Assembly (NCBI GenBank): GCA_964291315.2
Contig: OZ219753.1
Coordinates: 2,496,001 to 2,560,000 of the forward strand
Reading direction: 5' to 3'
Length of the DNA: 64,000 bases
DNA from: Candidatus Poribacteria bacterium
Lineage (GTDB): Bacteria; Poribacteria; WGA-4E; WGA-3G
Shown here: in pieces, positions 29,770 to 40,560 of the stretch
Layout of the letters: the number at the start of each line of letters is the position of its first letter
Numbering within the stretch: the stretch's first letter is position 1
Program-made: the position numbers and the translations under genes
Notes under the pieces: generated by a model
Told to the model about the DNA's origin: nothing
The model's database searches: none
What the model saw: only the letters and a program-made list of their open reading frames with translations

Positions 29770-31890
29770 ATGTTTGGATTAGGATTTTTAGCTCCCTTAT
29801 TTGTGGCATCCGGTGTTATAGGCGCGTCGATTCCGGTTATCCTGCACTTACTGAATAGAGAACGTGCAAGGCGATTGGTATTCAGCACGATTCGTTTCAT
29901 TCAAATGTCGCATCAGACGAACGTGCGTCGGCATAAGTTGAGACGCCTATTGCTCTTACTGATGCGTATTCTAATATTGGCACTGCTGGGCATCGCATTT
30001 GCCCGTCCATTTTTCGCTGCAGCTCCAGTTATCACGCAAAAAGCAGGCGGGAAACGGAACGCTATTATTATTCTGGATACTTCTTACAGCATGCAGTATG
30101 CGGAGGTATTCCGAAGTGCTAAGCAGGAAGGTCTCAAAATTCTCAACGAGCTGGATTCGACCGATGCTGCAGGTCTCATTCTGTCATCAAACAACGCCCG
30201 TATCGTCGCACCTCTCGGCTCAACGTTTTCACACCTTAGGACAGCTTTGAACGCCGCAAAAGCAACTTACAAGCCTACAGATTACTTGGACGCGCTACAA
30301 ACTGCCGATGACATTTTTAAATCCATTTCTCTTGGGCAGAAGCAGATTTATCTCATCAGCGATATGCAGAAGCGCGGTTGGGAGAACGTGATTGAGACCG
30401 ACAAACTCGACCCGGATATCCAGGTTACGTTCATTGATGTCGGCATTGAGGACGCTCGGAATCTCGCCATTACAGGTATCAGTGTGCCGCCTGTTGTGCT
30501 AAACGAGCAGCAAGTGTCGCACCTTGTCGCTCGCGTCCAGAATTTCAGGGATAAACCGGTTGAAAACCTGCCAGTCCGACTGTTTATAGATGGAAATCTG
30601 ATTCATACCGCCCAACTTGATATTGAACCCGATGATTTGGCAGATGCTGTCTTCAGCATCGATTTTCAAGACGAAGCGACGCATACCGGTTGGGTTGAAC
30701 TTCCTGAAGATGCACTTACAGTTGACAACAAACGTTATTTCACTTTACAGAGCCTCCGGTCTATCAAAGTGCATGCTATCGGAAACACGTCTCGGACTCG
30801 CAGCCCTTACCGGAAAGCGGAAACCTTCTTCATAAAAATGGCGTTTGCAGCAGGAAGCGATGCCGTTCCGATTGATTTTAGCGAGTCTACAACTGTTCCG
30901 AATGCACCAACACTTGCACGCATCGATGTGCTTATCCTTGCCGATGTTCCACGCTTTTCTCCTGCTGAAGCAGAACGTATAAAGACGTACGTTGCTGCGG
31001 GCGGTGGACTAATTGTGACGGTGGGCGATAATCTGGACCCCAGTGCGTATGAACAACATTTCGGCGGAGAGACAGGATTGATGCCTTGCAACTTTATTCA
31101 AACTGTCGGCGATGCCTTTGAGCGCCAACAATTTCGTGTGCTCGCAACACTAAAGTATGAGCATCCAATTTTCGCACCGTTCAAAGAACCGAACCATGGG
31201 GATTTCGGTAAAGCGCGGTTTTACAGATATTTTCAGGCTGTCCCGACAGCAGACTCGACTGTCCTTGCTGCCTATGATGATGGAAGTCCCGCACTTTTTG
31301 AAAAACCTTACGGAGATTTAGGACGTGTTCTCTGCTTTACCTCAACAATAGATAGAGATTGGAACGATCTGCCAATACGTGCAGTTTATCTGCCTTTCCT
31401 TCATGAATCCATCAAGTATCTCGCTCTCAAAAATGTAGAAACGATTCCAGATTACCGTATCGGTGACAGCATTGAATTGAGCGCCGAGGGCGAAAGTATA
31501 GATACAGAAGCACAGAGAACCGTTGCAATTTTCGACCCGAATAATGTTGAAACCCGATTGAAATACCGGGAAGGCAGCGCGGAAGCAAGTCTCTTTTATG
31601 CAGATACGATGTTACCCGGTATCTATTCTGTCCACGCATCGGGGGCAGCGTCTCGCTATTTTGTGGTCAACGTCGACGCGACGGAGTCCGATTTGACATC
31701 ACGGAATATTGAAGAACTCGCAAGCATGCTGAAAGGAGCTGCAGATGAATCGATAGCAGACAAACCTACAGCAGAACTCGTTGCGCAGTACCATGAAGAT
31801 GTAGAACAGAGACAGGATGTTTGGGTGTATCTCATGTTAGCAGTTTTTGCCTTGACGGTGACAGAGATGTTCTTGGCAAACCGTGTTTGA
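29770..31890 (+). CDS. BatA-domain / VWA membrane protein
   Basis: IPVILHLL...F....F, LLLLMRIL...AFARP (BatA); DTSYSM MIDAS; ISD; C-terminal TM. Confidence 0.85.
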   Translation: MFGLGFLAPLFVASGVIGASIPVILHLLNRERARRLVFSTIRFIQMSHQTNVRRHKLRRLLLLLMRILILALLGIAFARPFFAAAPVITQKAGGKRNAIIILDTSYSMQYAEVFRSAKQEGLKILNELDSTDAAGLILSSNNARIVAPLGSTFSHLRTALNAAKATYKPTDYLDALQTADDIFKSISLGQKQIYLISDMQKRGWENVIETDKLDPDIQVTFIDVGIEDARNLAITGISVPPVVLNEQQVSHLVARVQNFRDKPVENLPVRLFIDGNLIHTAQLDIEPDDLADAVFSIDFQDEATHTGWVELPEDALTVDNKRYFTLQSLRSIKVHAIGNTSRTRSPYRKAETFFIKMAFAAGSDAVPIDFSESTTVPNAPTLARIDVLILADVPRFSPAEAERIKTYVAAGGGLIVTVGDNLDPSAYEQHFGGETGLMPCNFIQTVGDAFERQQFRVLATLKYEHPIFAPFKEPNHGDFGKARFYRYFQAVPTADSTVLAAYDDGSPALFEKPYGDLGRVLCFTSTIDRDWNDLPIRAVYLPFLHESIKYLALKNVETIPDYRIGDSIELSAEGESIDTEAQRTVAIFDPNNVETRLKYREGSAEASLFYADTMLPGIYSVHASGAASRYFVVNVDATESDLTSRNIEELASMLKGAADESIADKPTAELVAQYHEDVEQRQDVWVYLMLAVFALTVTEMFLANRV

Positions 31891-31895
31891 ACCTA

Positions 31896-32078
31896 TAGTT
31901 ATCGATTGCCAGTCATCAATCAGTCCGAATTCCTTTTAACCGAACCAGTACGGAATCGAAATATTGTCCGTTATCAATGAGTCCCTAGAGCATGTTAAAA
32001 TATACGTAACTACCATAAACTGTTATAGCTGACGACTGAGCGTGAACGCAGCGAATGCACTGAAACCTGACAACTATA
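31896..32078. repeat. Heptamer-armed palindromic intergenic element
   Basis: Left tagttatcgattgccagtcatcaatcag; right gctgacgactgag...ctgaaacctgacaacta. Confidence 0.5.
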
Positions 32079-32093
32079 AAAAAAGGAGAAATC

Positions 32094-33011
32094 GTGAATT
32101 TTGAACCGAGCACCCCGATTGAGGTGCCGAAAATCGTATCTGACCAGCAGATTCAATTTTTTATCCAAAACGGTTATCTCACTATTCCGGATCTGTTATC
32201 CCTCGACGAAATAGAGGAATTGCGGCAGGACGCTGTCACGCTTGCTAAAGGTGGGTATCCGTGTGAGAGTTTACAACCGATCCCTGATGGTATTAGCGAT
32301 GCCGAGGCCATCAGTCGTATCCTCTGCATCCATCAACCGCATTTTATCAGTCCTGTTATTGAAAAGTACATCAAGCACCCCAAAATATGTGGTATCTTGA
32401 GCCAAATAACTGCTGCACATTTACCGCATTGGGACGGAAGTGTCAAATGTATGCAGTCGATGCTGTTTGTCAAGCCCCCTAATTTTCAAGGGCAGGCGTG
32501 GCATCAGGACGAAATCTTTATCCCGACCCGTGACCGGTCCCTGATTGGTGCGTGGATAGCGATGGACGACGCAACTATAAAGAATGGATGTCTATGGGTA
32601 CTCCCTGGCTCACATCGCCACGGATACCTATATCCGCTGAAGTATCATGAAAATCCGGATGAATTCGATGTCGCCCATGAAAGTTACGGGTTCGACGACA
32701 CCAATGAAGTGCCTGTCGAAGTTAAAACCGGGGCGTTAGTGTTTTTTAACGGTTATTTACTCCACCGCTCTCGCAAAAACCGTGGAGATACATATCGACG
32801 GGTCTTGGTGAATCATTACTGCAACGCCTGGTCGTTATTACCGTGGACGATTAAGGAGGGGGAACGCGCCGCAAGTGCTGATCGACGATGCATCATTCCG
32901 GTTTCGGGTATTGATCCGTATGCGTGGAAAGGTTATGAACCACCGCCTCAAGATGTCCATTTACGGACATGCAAAGCCGCTGAAGAGATGGAGGCATTAG
33001 ATGCAAGTTGA
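32094..33011 (+). CDS. PhyH family dioxygenase
   Basis: NGYL, KPP..QGQAWHQD, WIAMDDAT..NGCL..LPGSH, LLHRS. Confidence 0.9.
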   Translation: MNFEPSTPIEVPKIVSDQQIQFFIQNGYLTIPDLLSLDEIEELRQDAVTLAKGGYPCESLQPIPDGISDAEAISRILCIHQPHFISPVIEKYIKHPKICGILSQITAAHLPHWDGSVKCMQSMLFVKPPNFQGQAWHQDEIFIPTRDRSLIGAWIAMDDATIKNGCLWVLPGSHRHGYLYPLKYHENPDEFDVAHESYGFDDTNEVPVEVKTGALVFFNGYLLHRSRKNRGDTYRRVLVNHYCNAWSLLPWTIKEGERAASADRRCIIPVSGIDPYAWKGYEPPPQDVHLRTCKAAEEMEALDAS

Positions 33012-33231
33012 ACCTCTTGACGCAGCTCTGAAATCTAAACTTGCTGACCTCAGACAAGTGTTAGAAACTATCATGCAGCGGATCGCGACCGGTGAGGATA
33101 TAGTGGGACAACTCGGCCAAATTGACACACTGTATCGAGAACTCACATTGGCGGAGGCCCCTAAAATGCTTCTGCACTACCTTGAGCGCAAAAGTTATAC
33201 TAAGGCATTAGAATTTCTCAGAACGTTATAG
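33001..33231 (+). CDS. Small hypothetical protein
   Basis: Overlaps the upstream stop, GGAGG RBS, C-terminal L.HYLERKSY.KAL.FL. Confidence 0.65.
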   Translation: MQVEPLDAALKSKLADLRQVLETIMQRIATGEDIVGQLGQIDTLYRELTLAEAPKMLLHYLERKSYTKALEFLRTL

Positions 33232-33348
33232 CCGAACAGCTATCAACCGTCATCTGTCAGTTAAACATGATGACTGTGGATTAAAAGGTTTCATAGCAGA
33301 ACAAACCGATAGCTGCTAAAACCGACGGCCAGCACATGGAGATCAAGA

Positions 33349-34107
33349 ATGGAAAGAAAAGATGGGCGGCAACTAAATGAGATGCGTCCTGTCACGATCA
33401 AACGACACTATATCAAACATGCTGAAGGTTCAGTCCTCGTCGTAACAGGGGACACCCATGTTATCTGTACTGCTTCCGTTATAACCCAACAGCCTCGTTT
33501 CATGCGTGAGCAGCGTATCAAAAAAAAGGGATGGGTGACCGCGGAATACTCGATGCTGCCGCGTGCGACTGCCGATCGGACCCAACGTGAGGTGACACGT
33601 GGCAGTGTTGGCGGCAGGACACAAGAGATTCAACGTCTTATCGGCCGCTCCTTACGCGCTGCTGTTGATTTGCGTTCCCTAGAGGAACACACCGTCTGGA
33701 TAGATTGTGACGTCATTCAAGCAGATGGCGGGACACGCACCACTGCAATTACCGGGGCTTTTATCGCTTTATGGGATGCCTGCCGAAAACTCGTCAAGCA
33801 GAAAAAAATCAAGAACTTCCCAATCACCAATAATATCGCCGCAACCAGTGTCGGGATGATCAAAGGGACACCGCTGCTCGACCTCTGTTATAACGAAGAC
33901 TCCGCCGCCGATGTTGATATGAACATCATTATGAACGGGAGTGGAAAGTTTATAGAGATGCAAGCTACCGCGGAAAAGAAACCATTTTCGCGTGAGGATT
34001 ACGACCAGATGTTGGATCTTGCTGTCAACGGTATTCAGGAACTCGTTCGGTTACAGAACCGTATAATGTTGGAGGGATTAGATGAAGCTAGTACTAGCAA
34101 CCCGTAA
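33349..34107 (+). CDS. rph: Ribonuclease PH
   Basis: [50 protein letters not shown]. Confidence 0.96.
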   Translation: MERKDGRQLNEMRPVTIKRHYIKHAEGSVLVVTGDTHVICTASVITQQPRFMREQRIKKKGWVTAEYSMLPRATADRTQREVTRGSVGGRTQEIQRLIGRSLRAAVDLRSLEEHTVWIDCDVIQADGGTRTTAITGAFIALWDACRKLVKQKKIKNFPITNNIAATSVGMIKGTPLLDLCYNEDSAADVDMNIIMNGSGKFIEMQATAEKKPFSREDYDQMLDLAVNGIQELVRLQNRIMLEGLDEASTSNP

Positions 34108-34711
34108 TCAAGGCAAGGTCCAAGAACTCACGGAGATGCTTGACTACATTTATCAACACTCAGCTGTCAAAACTGCTAACCAACAACCGAGAAAAGTCAA
34201 CGGTTCCATCGAAGTTGTCTCCTTAAAATCCTATCCCGGTGCCCCAGAGATTGATGAGGATGGCGAAACTTACGCTGAAAACGCCTGTAAAAAAGCATCT
34301 GCGATTGCTCAATATACCGGACATCTCACGCTAGCTGACGATGCCGGCTTAGAAGTAAGTGCCCTTAACGGAGCGCCCGGAGTTAACTCCAAACGCTGGG
34401 CCGGTGAAGATGCGACTGATGAAGAACGAGTTGCGCGTCTCCTTCAAATACTCGACCGTATTAAGGCTCGACGCGCCCGTTTTGTCGCAGCAATTGCGGT
34501 TGCACATCCGGATACTGTACCTGAAGTTGTCATGGGAATTTGTGAAGGACGGATTGCTCACAGCCCCGCCGGAGAAAGTGGTTTTGGATACGATCCAATA
34601 TTTGTACCCGACGGTTATGAACAGAGCTTCGCAGAATTGGGTGAAAAAATAAAAAATCAAATTAGTCACAGAGCTAAGGCATTGCAACAAGCACTTGCCT
34701 TGATTGAGTAA
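34082..34711 (+). CDS. rdgB: Non-canonical purine NTP pyrophosphatase (RdgB/HAM1)
   Basis: [42 protein letters not shown]. Confidence 0.93.
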   Translation: MKLVLATRNQGKVQELTEMLDYIYQHSAVKTANQQPRKVNGSIEVVSLKSYPGAPEIDEDGETYAENACKKASAIAQYTGHLTLADDAGLEVSALNGAPGVNSKRWAGEDATDEERVARLLQILDRIKARRARFVAAIAVAHPDTVPEVVMGICEGRIAHSPAGESGFGYDPIFVPDGYEQSFAELGEKIKNQISHRAKALQQALALIE

Positions 34712-34726
34712 TCAAACGAGGAGAAA

Positions 34727-35284
34727 ATGGCATCACTTAACGATTTACGTAACGGATTGGTTATCCGACTTAACGATATTATTTACACTATAGTTGATTG
34801 TCAACATGTCAAGCCGGGGAAAGGGAGTGCCTTTGCGCGCACAAAAATCAAACGTGTTAGCGATGGGGCTGTCTTGGACCGGACATTCCGTTCCAGCGAA
34901 AATATAGAAACTGTCAGACTTATGGACCATCAGATGCAGTATATGTACAGGGACGGCGAGGGACTGTGGTTTATGGATAACGAGACTTTCGAGCAACATT
35001 CGCTGTCAATAGATTTTATCGGGGATAATTTGAAGTTTCTAAAGGAGGGCGAGACAGTCACCGTCAAGATGGACGGTTCAATACCCCTAGTGCTTGAACT
35101 TCCTAATTTTGTTGAGCTCCAGATCATTGAAACCGATCCGGGATTACGCGGTGATACGGTCAGCGGCGGCTCAAAGCGAGCCACCCTTGAGACAGGTGCA
35201 GTTGTTAACGTTCCGCTATTTATTCAAAACGAAACGCGCATCAAGGTTGATACGCGCACCGGAAAATATGTAGAAAGGATATAA
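34727..35284 (+). CDS. efp: Elongation factor P
   Basis: HVKPGKGSAF, TDPGLRGDT, VPLFI, VDTRTG.Y..R. Confidence 0.96.
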   Translation: MASLNDLRNGLVIRLNDIIYTIVDCQHVKPGKGSAFARTKIKRVSDGAVLDRTFRSSENIETVRLMDHQMQYMYRDGEGLWFMDNETFEQHSLSIDFIGDNLKFLKEGETVTVKMDGSIPLVLELPNFVELQIIETDPGLRGDTVSGGSKRATLETGAVVNVPLFIQNETRIKVDTRTGKYVERI

Positions 35285-35402
35285 TAGTCGTCAGTTCCAG
35301 CGGTCAAAGGTCAGTCACACATGGTCGGTTGCAAACGTTTTTTCGCCTGCCACGCTTTCTGAACTGACGGCTGAAAGCTAAGCAGCCCGATGGCTGACTG
35401 CT
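35285..35402. repeat. Heptamer-armed palindromic intergenic element
   Basis: Left tagtcgtcag..cagcggtca..ggtcagtca; right ctgaactgacggctgaaagc..gatggctgactgcta. Confidence 0.6.
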
Positions 35403-35932
35403 ATTCCAAAGAGATGCATCAAAACAAAGATAAAGATAAGTCTGAATCCACCGTGCAAGGCTTCAGTGGCATGCTGGAACTTGTTGAGCAACTAGCAGCT
35501 ATTCTTGAACGGACCAACCTCACGGAGGTGTGTATCCGAGAGAATGAAGTTGAGGTACGAGTGTCCAGACACCCACAAAACCCTTTTAGAGATGAGGGGT
35601 CGTCCTTACAACCTGTGGCAGCCAATATGGTGCCAAGTACACAGGGGCTACCGACAGAGGATGCAACGGTAGAAAGCAGCTCGCAAACCCAAGGTAACTT
35701 CATCAACGCTCCGATGCCTTCACGTTTTTATCGTTCCGCGGCACCGGGAGAACCTCCGTTTGTTGAGGTTGGAAATAGGGTCAGTGTTGGGGAGCCGGTC
35801 GCGGTCCTCGAAGTTATGAAGACTTACAATCCTGTAGAAGCACCTTTTAACTGTGAGATTTTAGAAATCCTCGTTCAAGACGGTGAAGCTGTTGAGTATA
35901 ACCAACCGCTGTTCCGAATCAAGCCGCAATAA
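35390..35932 (+). CDS. accB: Biotin carboxyl carrier protein (start uncertain)
   Basis: APM...FYRS..P..PPFVEVG, EVMKT biotinylation site, VEYNQPLF. Confidence 0.9.
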   Translation: MADCYSKEMHQNKDKDKSESTVQGFSGMLELVEQLAAILERTNLTEVCIRENEVEVRVSRHPQNPFRDEGSSLQPVAANMVPSTQGLPTEDATVESSSQTQGNFINAPMPSRFYRSAAPGEPPFVEVGNRVSVGEPVAVLEVMKTYNPVEAPFNCEILEILVQDGEAVEYNQPLFRIKPQ

Positions 35933-36022
35933 GTTCTTTTTATAGTGTGAGTTACTTGTAGGTTTTCATCGTAAATTTTACTAGTTCAGCATCTAAATCT
36001 TGCTCTTTCTCAAATATAAGAT

Positions 36023-37381
36023 ATGATAAAAAAAATACTAATAGCAAATCGCGGTGAAATCGCTATCCGTATTATCCGCGCTTGTAAGGACATGGGAATA
36101 AAGACGGTCGCTATTTTTTCTACAGCTGATGAAGACGCACTGCACGTTCAATACGCTGATGAGGCGTACTGCATCGGCCCCGCACCGTCAACAGAAAGCT
36201 ATCTCAAGTATGCGAATATTATCTTTATTGCCGACTCTGCAAATGTTAATGCTATTCATCCGGGGGCAGGTTTTCTCGCCGAGGACGCACAGTTCGCTGA
36301 AATTTGTGAAGCACACGAGATACGGTTTATTGGGCCTTCTATCGAAGATATCCGAACAATGGGGAACAAAGTAAGAGCATTGGAAACGGCGGCGAAAGCA
36401 GGTTTGAAGTTGATTCCTGGCAGCCAAGGCGGTAGACGTAAAAAAAATAAGAAAAGTACAGTTGATACCGCTGAAGATGCTGCACAACTCGCGGAGAAGA
36501 TTGGTTATCCGGTCGGAATTAAAGCTGTTGCAGGTGGCGGCGGCCGCGGGATCCGGATCGCAGAAAATCGGCCAAGTTTGATGAACCTTTTTCACACTGC
36601 AAAGGCGGAAGGGGAAGCCGCTTTTGGTAATGGCGATGTCTATATTGAGAAATGGATTGAGGAAGCACGGCATATTGAAGTTCAAATCTTAGGCGATACA
36701 CACGGCAATGTCGTTCATTTGGGCGAGCGCGAATGTTCTATCCAGCGGAAACAGCAGAAATTGCTTGAGGAAGCGCCTGCCGCCTCTATTTCATCTAAGC
36801 TGCGCAATGAAATTTGTAAAGCTGCCGTGAAAGCTGCAAAGTCAATCGGATACTCGAATGCAGGGACAATTGAGTTTATTGTGGATAAGGACAACAATTT
36901 CTACTTTTTGGAGATGAATACGCGCATTCAAGTTGAGCACACTATCACAGAAAGCGTCACAGGCATAGATTTGATTAAGGAACAGATTCGACTCGCGATG
37001 GGCGAACCGCTTGGATACAACCAATCCGATGTTGAAATACGTGGGCACGCTATTGAATGCCGAATTAATGCCGAAGACCCTGCCAATCAGTTTATGCCTT
37101 CGCCAGGATTAGTCACTACTTATCATCCTCCAGGCGGCATCGGCATCCGGGTTGACGGATACCTCTACACCGGGTATACCGTCCCGCCACATTACGATTC
37201 ACTCATCGCGAAACTCATCGCAAACGGTAGAGACCGAAAGGAGGCAATCGCGCGATTAGGGCGAGCATTGTCCGAATTTAGAATTGATGGCATAAAAACT
37301 ACAATCCCGCTCTTCCAACAAATTTCCAATGATGAACGTTTCCTTAACCGAACTGTTTTTACGAATTTTCTTGAGACATGA
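36023..37381 (+). CDS. accC: Biotin carboxylase
   Basis: KILIANRGEIA, KAVAGGGGRG, ERECSIQR, FLEMNTRIQVEH, ECRINAE, YDSLIAKL. Confidence 0.96.
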   Translation: MIKKILIANRGEIAIRIIRACKDMGIKTVAIFSTADEDALHVQYADEAYCIGPAPSTESYLKYANIIFIADSANVNAIHPGAGFLAEDAQFAEICEAHEIRFIGPSIEDIRTMGNKVRALETAAKAGLKLIPGSQGGRRKKNKKSTVDTAEDAAQLAEKIGYPVGIKAVAGGGGRGIRIAENRPSLMNLFHTAKAEGEAAFGNGDVYIEKWIEEARHIEVQILGDTHGNVVHLGERECSIQRKQQKLLEEAPAASISSKLRNEICKAAVKAAKSIGYSNAGTIEFIVDKDNNFYFLEMNTRIQVEHTITESVTGIDLIKEQIRLAMGEPLGYNQSDVEIRGHAIECRINAEDPANQFMPSPGLVTTYHPPGGIGIRVDGYLYTGYTVPPHYDSLIAKLIANGRDRKEAIARLGRALSEFRIDGIKTTIPLFQQISNDERFLNRTVFTNFLET

Positions 37382-37478
37382 AGGAACTGCCGGCCGTCAA
37401 CACCCCCGGTGTTTGCTACGCTTACTTTCACTAGTCAGTAAACCGTTCTATACGTCCGCGGATATCCAATAACCAGAG

Positions 37479-39134
37479 ATGTATTTTTTCTTTTCGCTAC
37501 TTGCAATTTTATGTTCGCTTTCTATAGATGTAGGCGCGGTTACCTATGTTGATGTCACTGATGAAGCTGGTATCCATTTTCAGCATTCTAGGGGTGCCCG
37601 TTCGAGTCTACTGCCAGAAGATATGGGATCCGGCGCAGGTTTTGCCGATATAGACAACGACGGCGACATCGACCTCTACATTGTTAATATTCCGGGCCCC
37701 TTTCAACAAGATGACAGCCTTGTCAGTTCCGGGGCTCCTAATGTTCTCTATCGTAATGACGGGAACGGCACGTTTACGGACATCACTAAGGCAGCAGGCG
37801 TTGGACACCAAGGCTACGGTATGGGATGTGTTTTTAGTGATTATGATGGCGACGGCAATATCGATCTGTATGTCACCAATTATGGAATGAACGTGCTTTA
37901 TCGCAATAACGGTGATAATACCTTCCGGGATGTGACAAAAATTGCCGGGGTCAGCTGTGAATTATGGAGCACTGGGGCAGCCTTTGCAGATGTGGATGGC
38001 GACAGTGACTTGGACCTCTACGTTTGCAATTATGTCGTCTATGATCTGGAAAAGTTAGGGCAGATGCAGGAGGAGTCTTTACAATCTGGTAAGCCTGTGC
38101 CGAGTGCTCTCAATCCGCATGTCTTTGAACCACAAAATAATGTCTTGTATCGAAATAACGGGGACGGGACGTTTACGGATGTAACAGCTGAAGCAGGCGT
38201 TGCTGCCGCTGAAGGGCGTAGTATGCAAGCTATCTTTAGCGACTTTGATGGTGATAACGACCTAGATCTATACGTCGCGAACGATACTTCTGTCAACTAT
38301 ACCTATCGGAATGATGGAGCCGGCGTTTTCACTGACATCAGTGCCGAATCATGGGCAGCAGATTTTCGCGGCTCTATGGGACTCGCTGCCGGCGATTACG
38401 ATGGCGATGGCGATATAGACCTTTTTATGAGTCATTGGGTTGATGAAGAAAACGCTCTTTATAGAAACCTCCTGAAGGAAGAAGACGGAGATACCGAAGA
38501 CATCAGGTTTGTAGATGAGTCCTATACCGCCCTGCTCGCTGAACAGAGCATCAAGCAGGTGGGGTGGGGAACTACACTCTTCGATTACGACAACGATGGC
38601 GATCTGGATATCTTTGTGACGAACGGCAGCACCTTCCAGGAGCTTGACAGTCCGGAGTCGCTTATTCCCCAACGTGATGCCTTGTTCCGCAATGACGGTG
38701 ATGGCACGTTTACCGATGTCAGTGGAATTGCGGGGTTTACCGCACTCGCTGTCCGCGTCGGTCGTGGGGCAGCATTTGGAGACTACGATAACGATGGCGA
38801 TCTGGATATCTTTGTTGTCAATAATTACGCATCCCCTGCTCTTTTACGCAATGAGGGCGGAAATCGAAACAACTGGCTGCATGTCGAATTGATTGGCACG
38901 AACGCGAACCGAAACGCAGTCGGCGCTAAGATCCAAGTGAAAACCGCGGAGCGTACGCAGCTCCGTGAGATTTACGCCGGGGATAGTTACATGTCTTTTA
39001 ATAGCTTCATCGCTGAATTTGGCGTGGGACTGGCAACATACGTTGAACGTCTACAAGTTATCTGGCCAAACGGCGATACACAAACGCTTCATAACGTGCC
39101 GACAAATCAGCGACTCCGTATAACGCAACAATAG
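37479..39134 (+). CDS. CRTAC1-family protein (FG-GAP/VCBS repeats + ASPIC/UnbV domain)
   Basis: Repeated DxDxDGDxD and LYRNxGDGTFTDVT motifs; N...VGAKI, FG.G, V.WPNG. Confidence 0.88.
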   Translation: MYFFFSLLAILCSLSIDVGAVTYVDVTDEAGIHFQHSRGARSSLLPEDMGSGAGFADIDNDGDIDLYIVNIPGPFQQDDSLVSSGAPNVLYRNDGNGTFTDITKAAGVGHQGYGMGCVFSDYDGDGNIDLYVTNYGMNVLYRNNGDNTFRDVTKIAGVSCELWSTGAAFADVDGDSDLDLYVCNYVVYDLEKLGQMQEESLQSGKPVPSALNPHVFEPQNNVLYRNNGDGTFTDVTAEAGVAAAEGRSMQAIFSDFDGDNDLDLYVANDTSVNYTYRNDGAGVFTDISAESWAADFRGSMGLAAGDYDGDGDIDLFMSHWVDEENALYRNLLKEEDGDTEDIRFVDESYTALLAEQSIKQVGWGTTLFDYDNDGDLDIFVTNGSTFQELDSPESLIPQRDALFRNDGDGTFTDVSGIAGFTALAVRVGRGAAFGDYDNDGDLDIFVVNNYASPALLRNEGGNRNNWLHVELIGTNANRNAVGAKIQVKTAERTQLREIYAGDSYMSFNSFIAEFGVGLATYVERLQVIWPNGDTQTLHNVPTNQRLRITQQ

Positions 39135-39144
39135 GAAGGTCAAA

Positions 39145-40539
39145 ATGCTTTTCCGTTTTTACTTCTTCCTTTCTGTCTGTTTAATACTGTTTGCATGCGG
39201 CGAAAACCCTGCTATTAAGCGCGGCAAGGCGTTACTCAGAACTGGTGACGCTCCTGCAGCGATTCGGGAGTTTGAGTCAGTACTTAAACAGAACTCTTCT
39301 GATGCTGAAGCCTATTATCAGCTCGGTTTAGCGTATGAAGAATTAAAGGATACCGTCCGGGCAACTGATGCTTTTAGAAGTGCACAACGATTCGCACCGC
39401 AACGTCCAGAAATCACACTCGCGATCGCTCGCCTCCACTGGCACACTGGTAACCGTGACTTCGCCATTTCCGAGTTTCAAAATTTGTTGAACAGCTCACT
39501 TAATAAAGAGAACCTCCTGGCGTTGGCAGCACTCACAGGTGATGCCTACCACGTCCAACGCTTGCGTACCGAGGGCAGCGGCGATTACGATCAGACTTTC
39601 ACTGATAAAGGGAATATAATGACCTTTACGGCAAAGTATGCCGATGATTATAGTCCAGCAATCTCACCAGATGGAAAACGGATCGTCTTCGCCTCAAATC
39701 GCCTTCAGAACACCGAGCTGTATCTCATGGACCTCGGGACTCGCGTACTCCGCCAACTAACGCATACCGATGAGCTTGATGAATATATGCCCGCTTTTTC
39801 ACCAGATGGAAAGTCGCTAGCCTTCGTGACCGAGCGCACACGCGGCGGTATGATGCTGCCGCCCGTTCAGGCGAGCGGTTCTGATCCGAGCAGCGCTACG
39901 ATTTATTTTATGGATATCGACGGAAAGAACCAGCGTCCGGTAATAGATATGGAAGGTGCCCAACGCTCCCCTGTTTTTTCGCCAGATGGCAAACGAATTG
40001 CTTTCGAATCCAAAGCACCCTCACGCGGAAATAAGAGCATCCCTGGAGGCAGCGATGATAACGACACTTTAGAGATTTACGTCATTCAGACAGATGGCAC
40101 AAATAAGATCCGGCTGACCCATAACAATATAGATGATGGACATCCCGCGTGGTCACCGAGTGGGAAGTGGATCGCTTTTACCGCTATGGTGGGGAATGTC
40201 TATCAAATTTTCGTCGTTAGTGCAACAGGTGGAACGGCAAAGCAGCTAACTTTCTCTGATGCCAGCCATTATCAGCCGATTTTCACTCCAGATGGTAGAC
40301 GGATCATCTATGTCTCAAACGCCCACAACCATTATACGCTCTGGATGATGAACGCTGACGGTAGAAACAAAACCCAACTCACAAGCCACATCGGTGCACA
40401 TTTTGAACCAAGTCTTTCGGGAGATGGGAAAACCCTTATATTTAGTTCCGACCGTTCAGATCACATGCGAATTTACCTCATGGATTTAGCAAAACCCACT
40501 CAAGCGGAAGCGTTGAGCGCAAGGTTGGCAGATTTGTAA
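39145..40539 (+). CDS. TPR + TolB-like PD40-repeat lipoprotein
   Basis: LFAC lipobox; TPR helices; repeated PAFSPDGK.IAF motifs. Confidence 0.85.
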   Translation: MLFRFYFFLSVCLILFACGENPAIKRGKALLRTGDAPAAIREFESVLKQNSSDAEAYYQLGLAYEELKDTVRATDAFRSAQRFAPQRPEITLAIARLHWHTGNRDFAISEFQNLLNSSLNKENLLALAALTGDAYHVQRLRTEGSGDYDQTFTDKGNIMTFTAKYADDYSPAISPDGKRIVFASNRLQNTELYLMDLGTRVLRQLTHTDELDEYMPAFSPDGKSLAFVTERTRGGMMLPPVQASGSDPSSATIYFMDIDGKNQRPVIDMEGAQRSPVFSPDGKRIAFESKAPSRGNKSIPGGSDDNDTLEIYVIQTDGTNKIRLTHNNIDDGHPAWSPSGKWIAFTAMVGNVYQIFVVSATGGTAKQLTFSDASHYQPIFTPDGRRIIYVSNAHNHYTLWMMNADGRNKTQLTSHIGAHFEPSLSGDGKTLIFSSDRSDHMRIYLMDLAKPTQAEALSARLADL

Positions 40540-40560
40540 TCCGAACCTTCGAGTCTTGTA

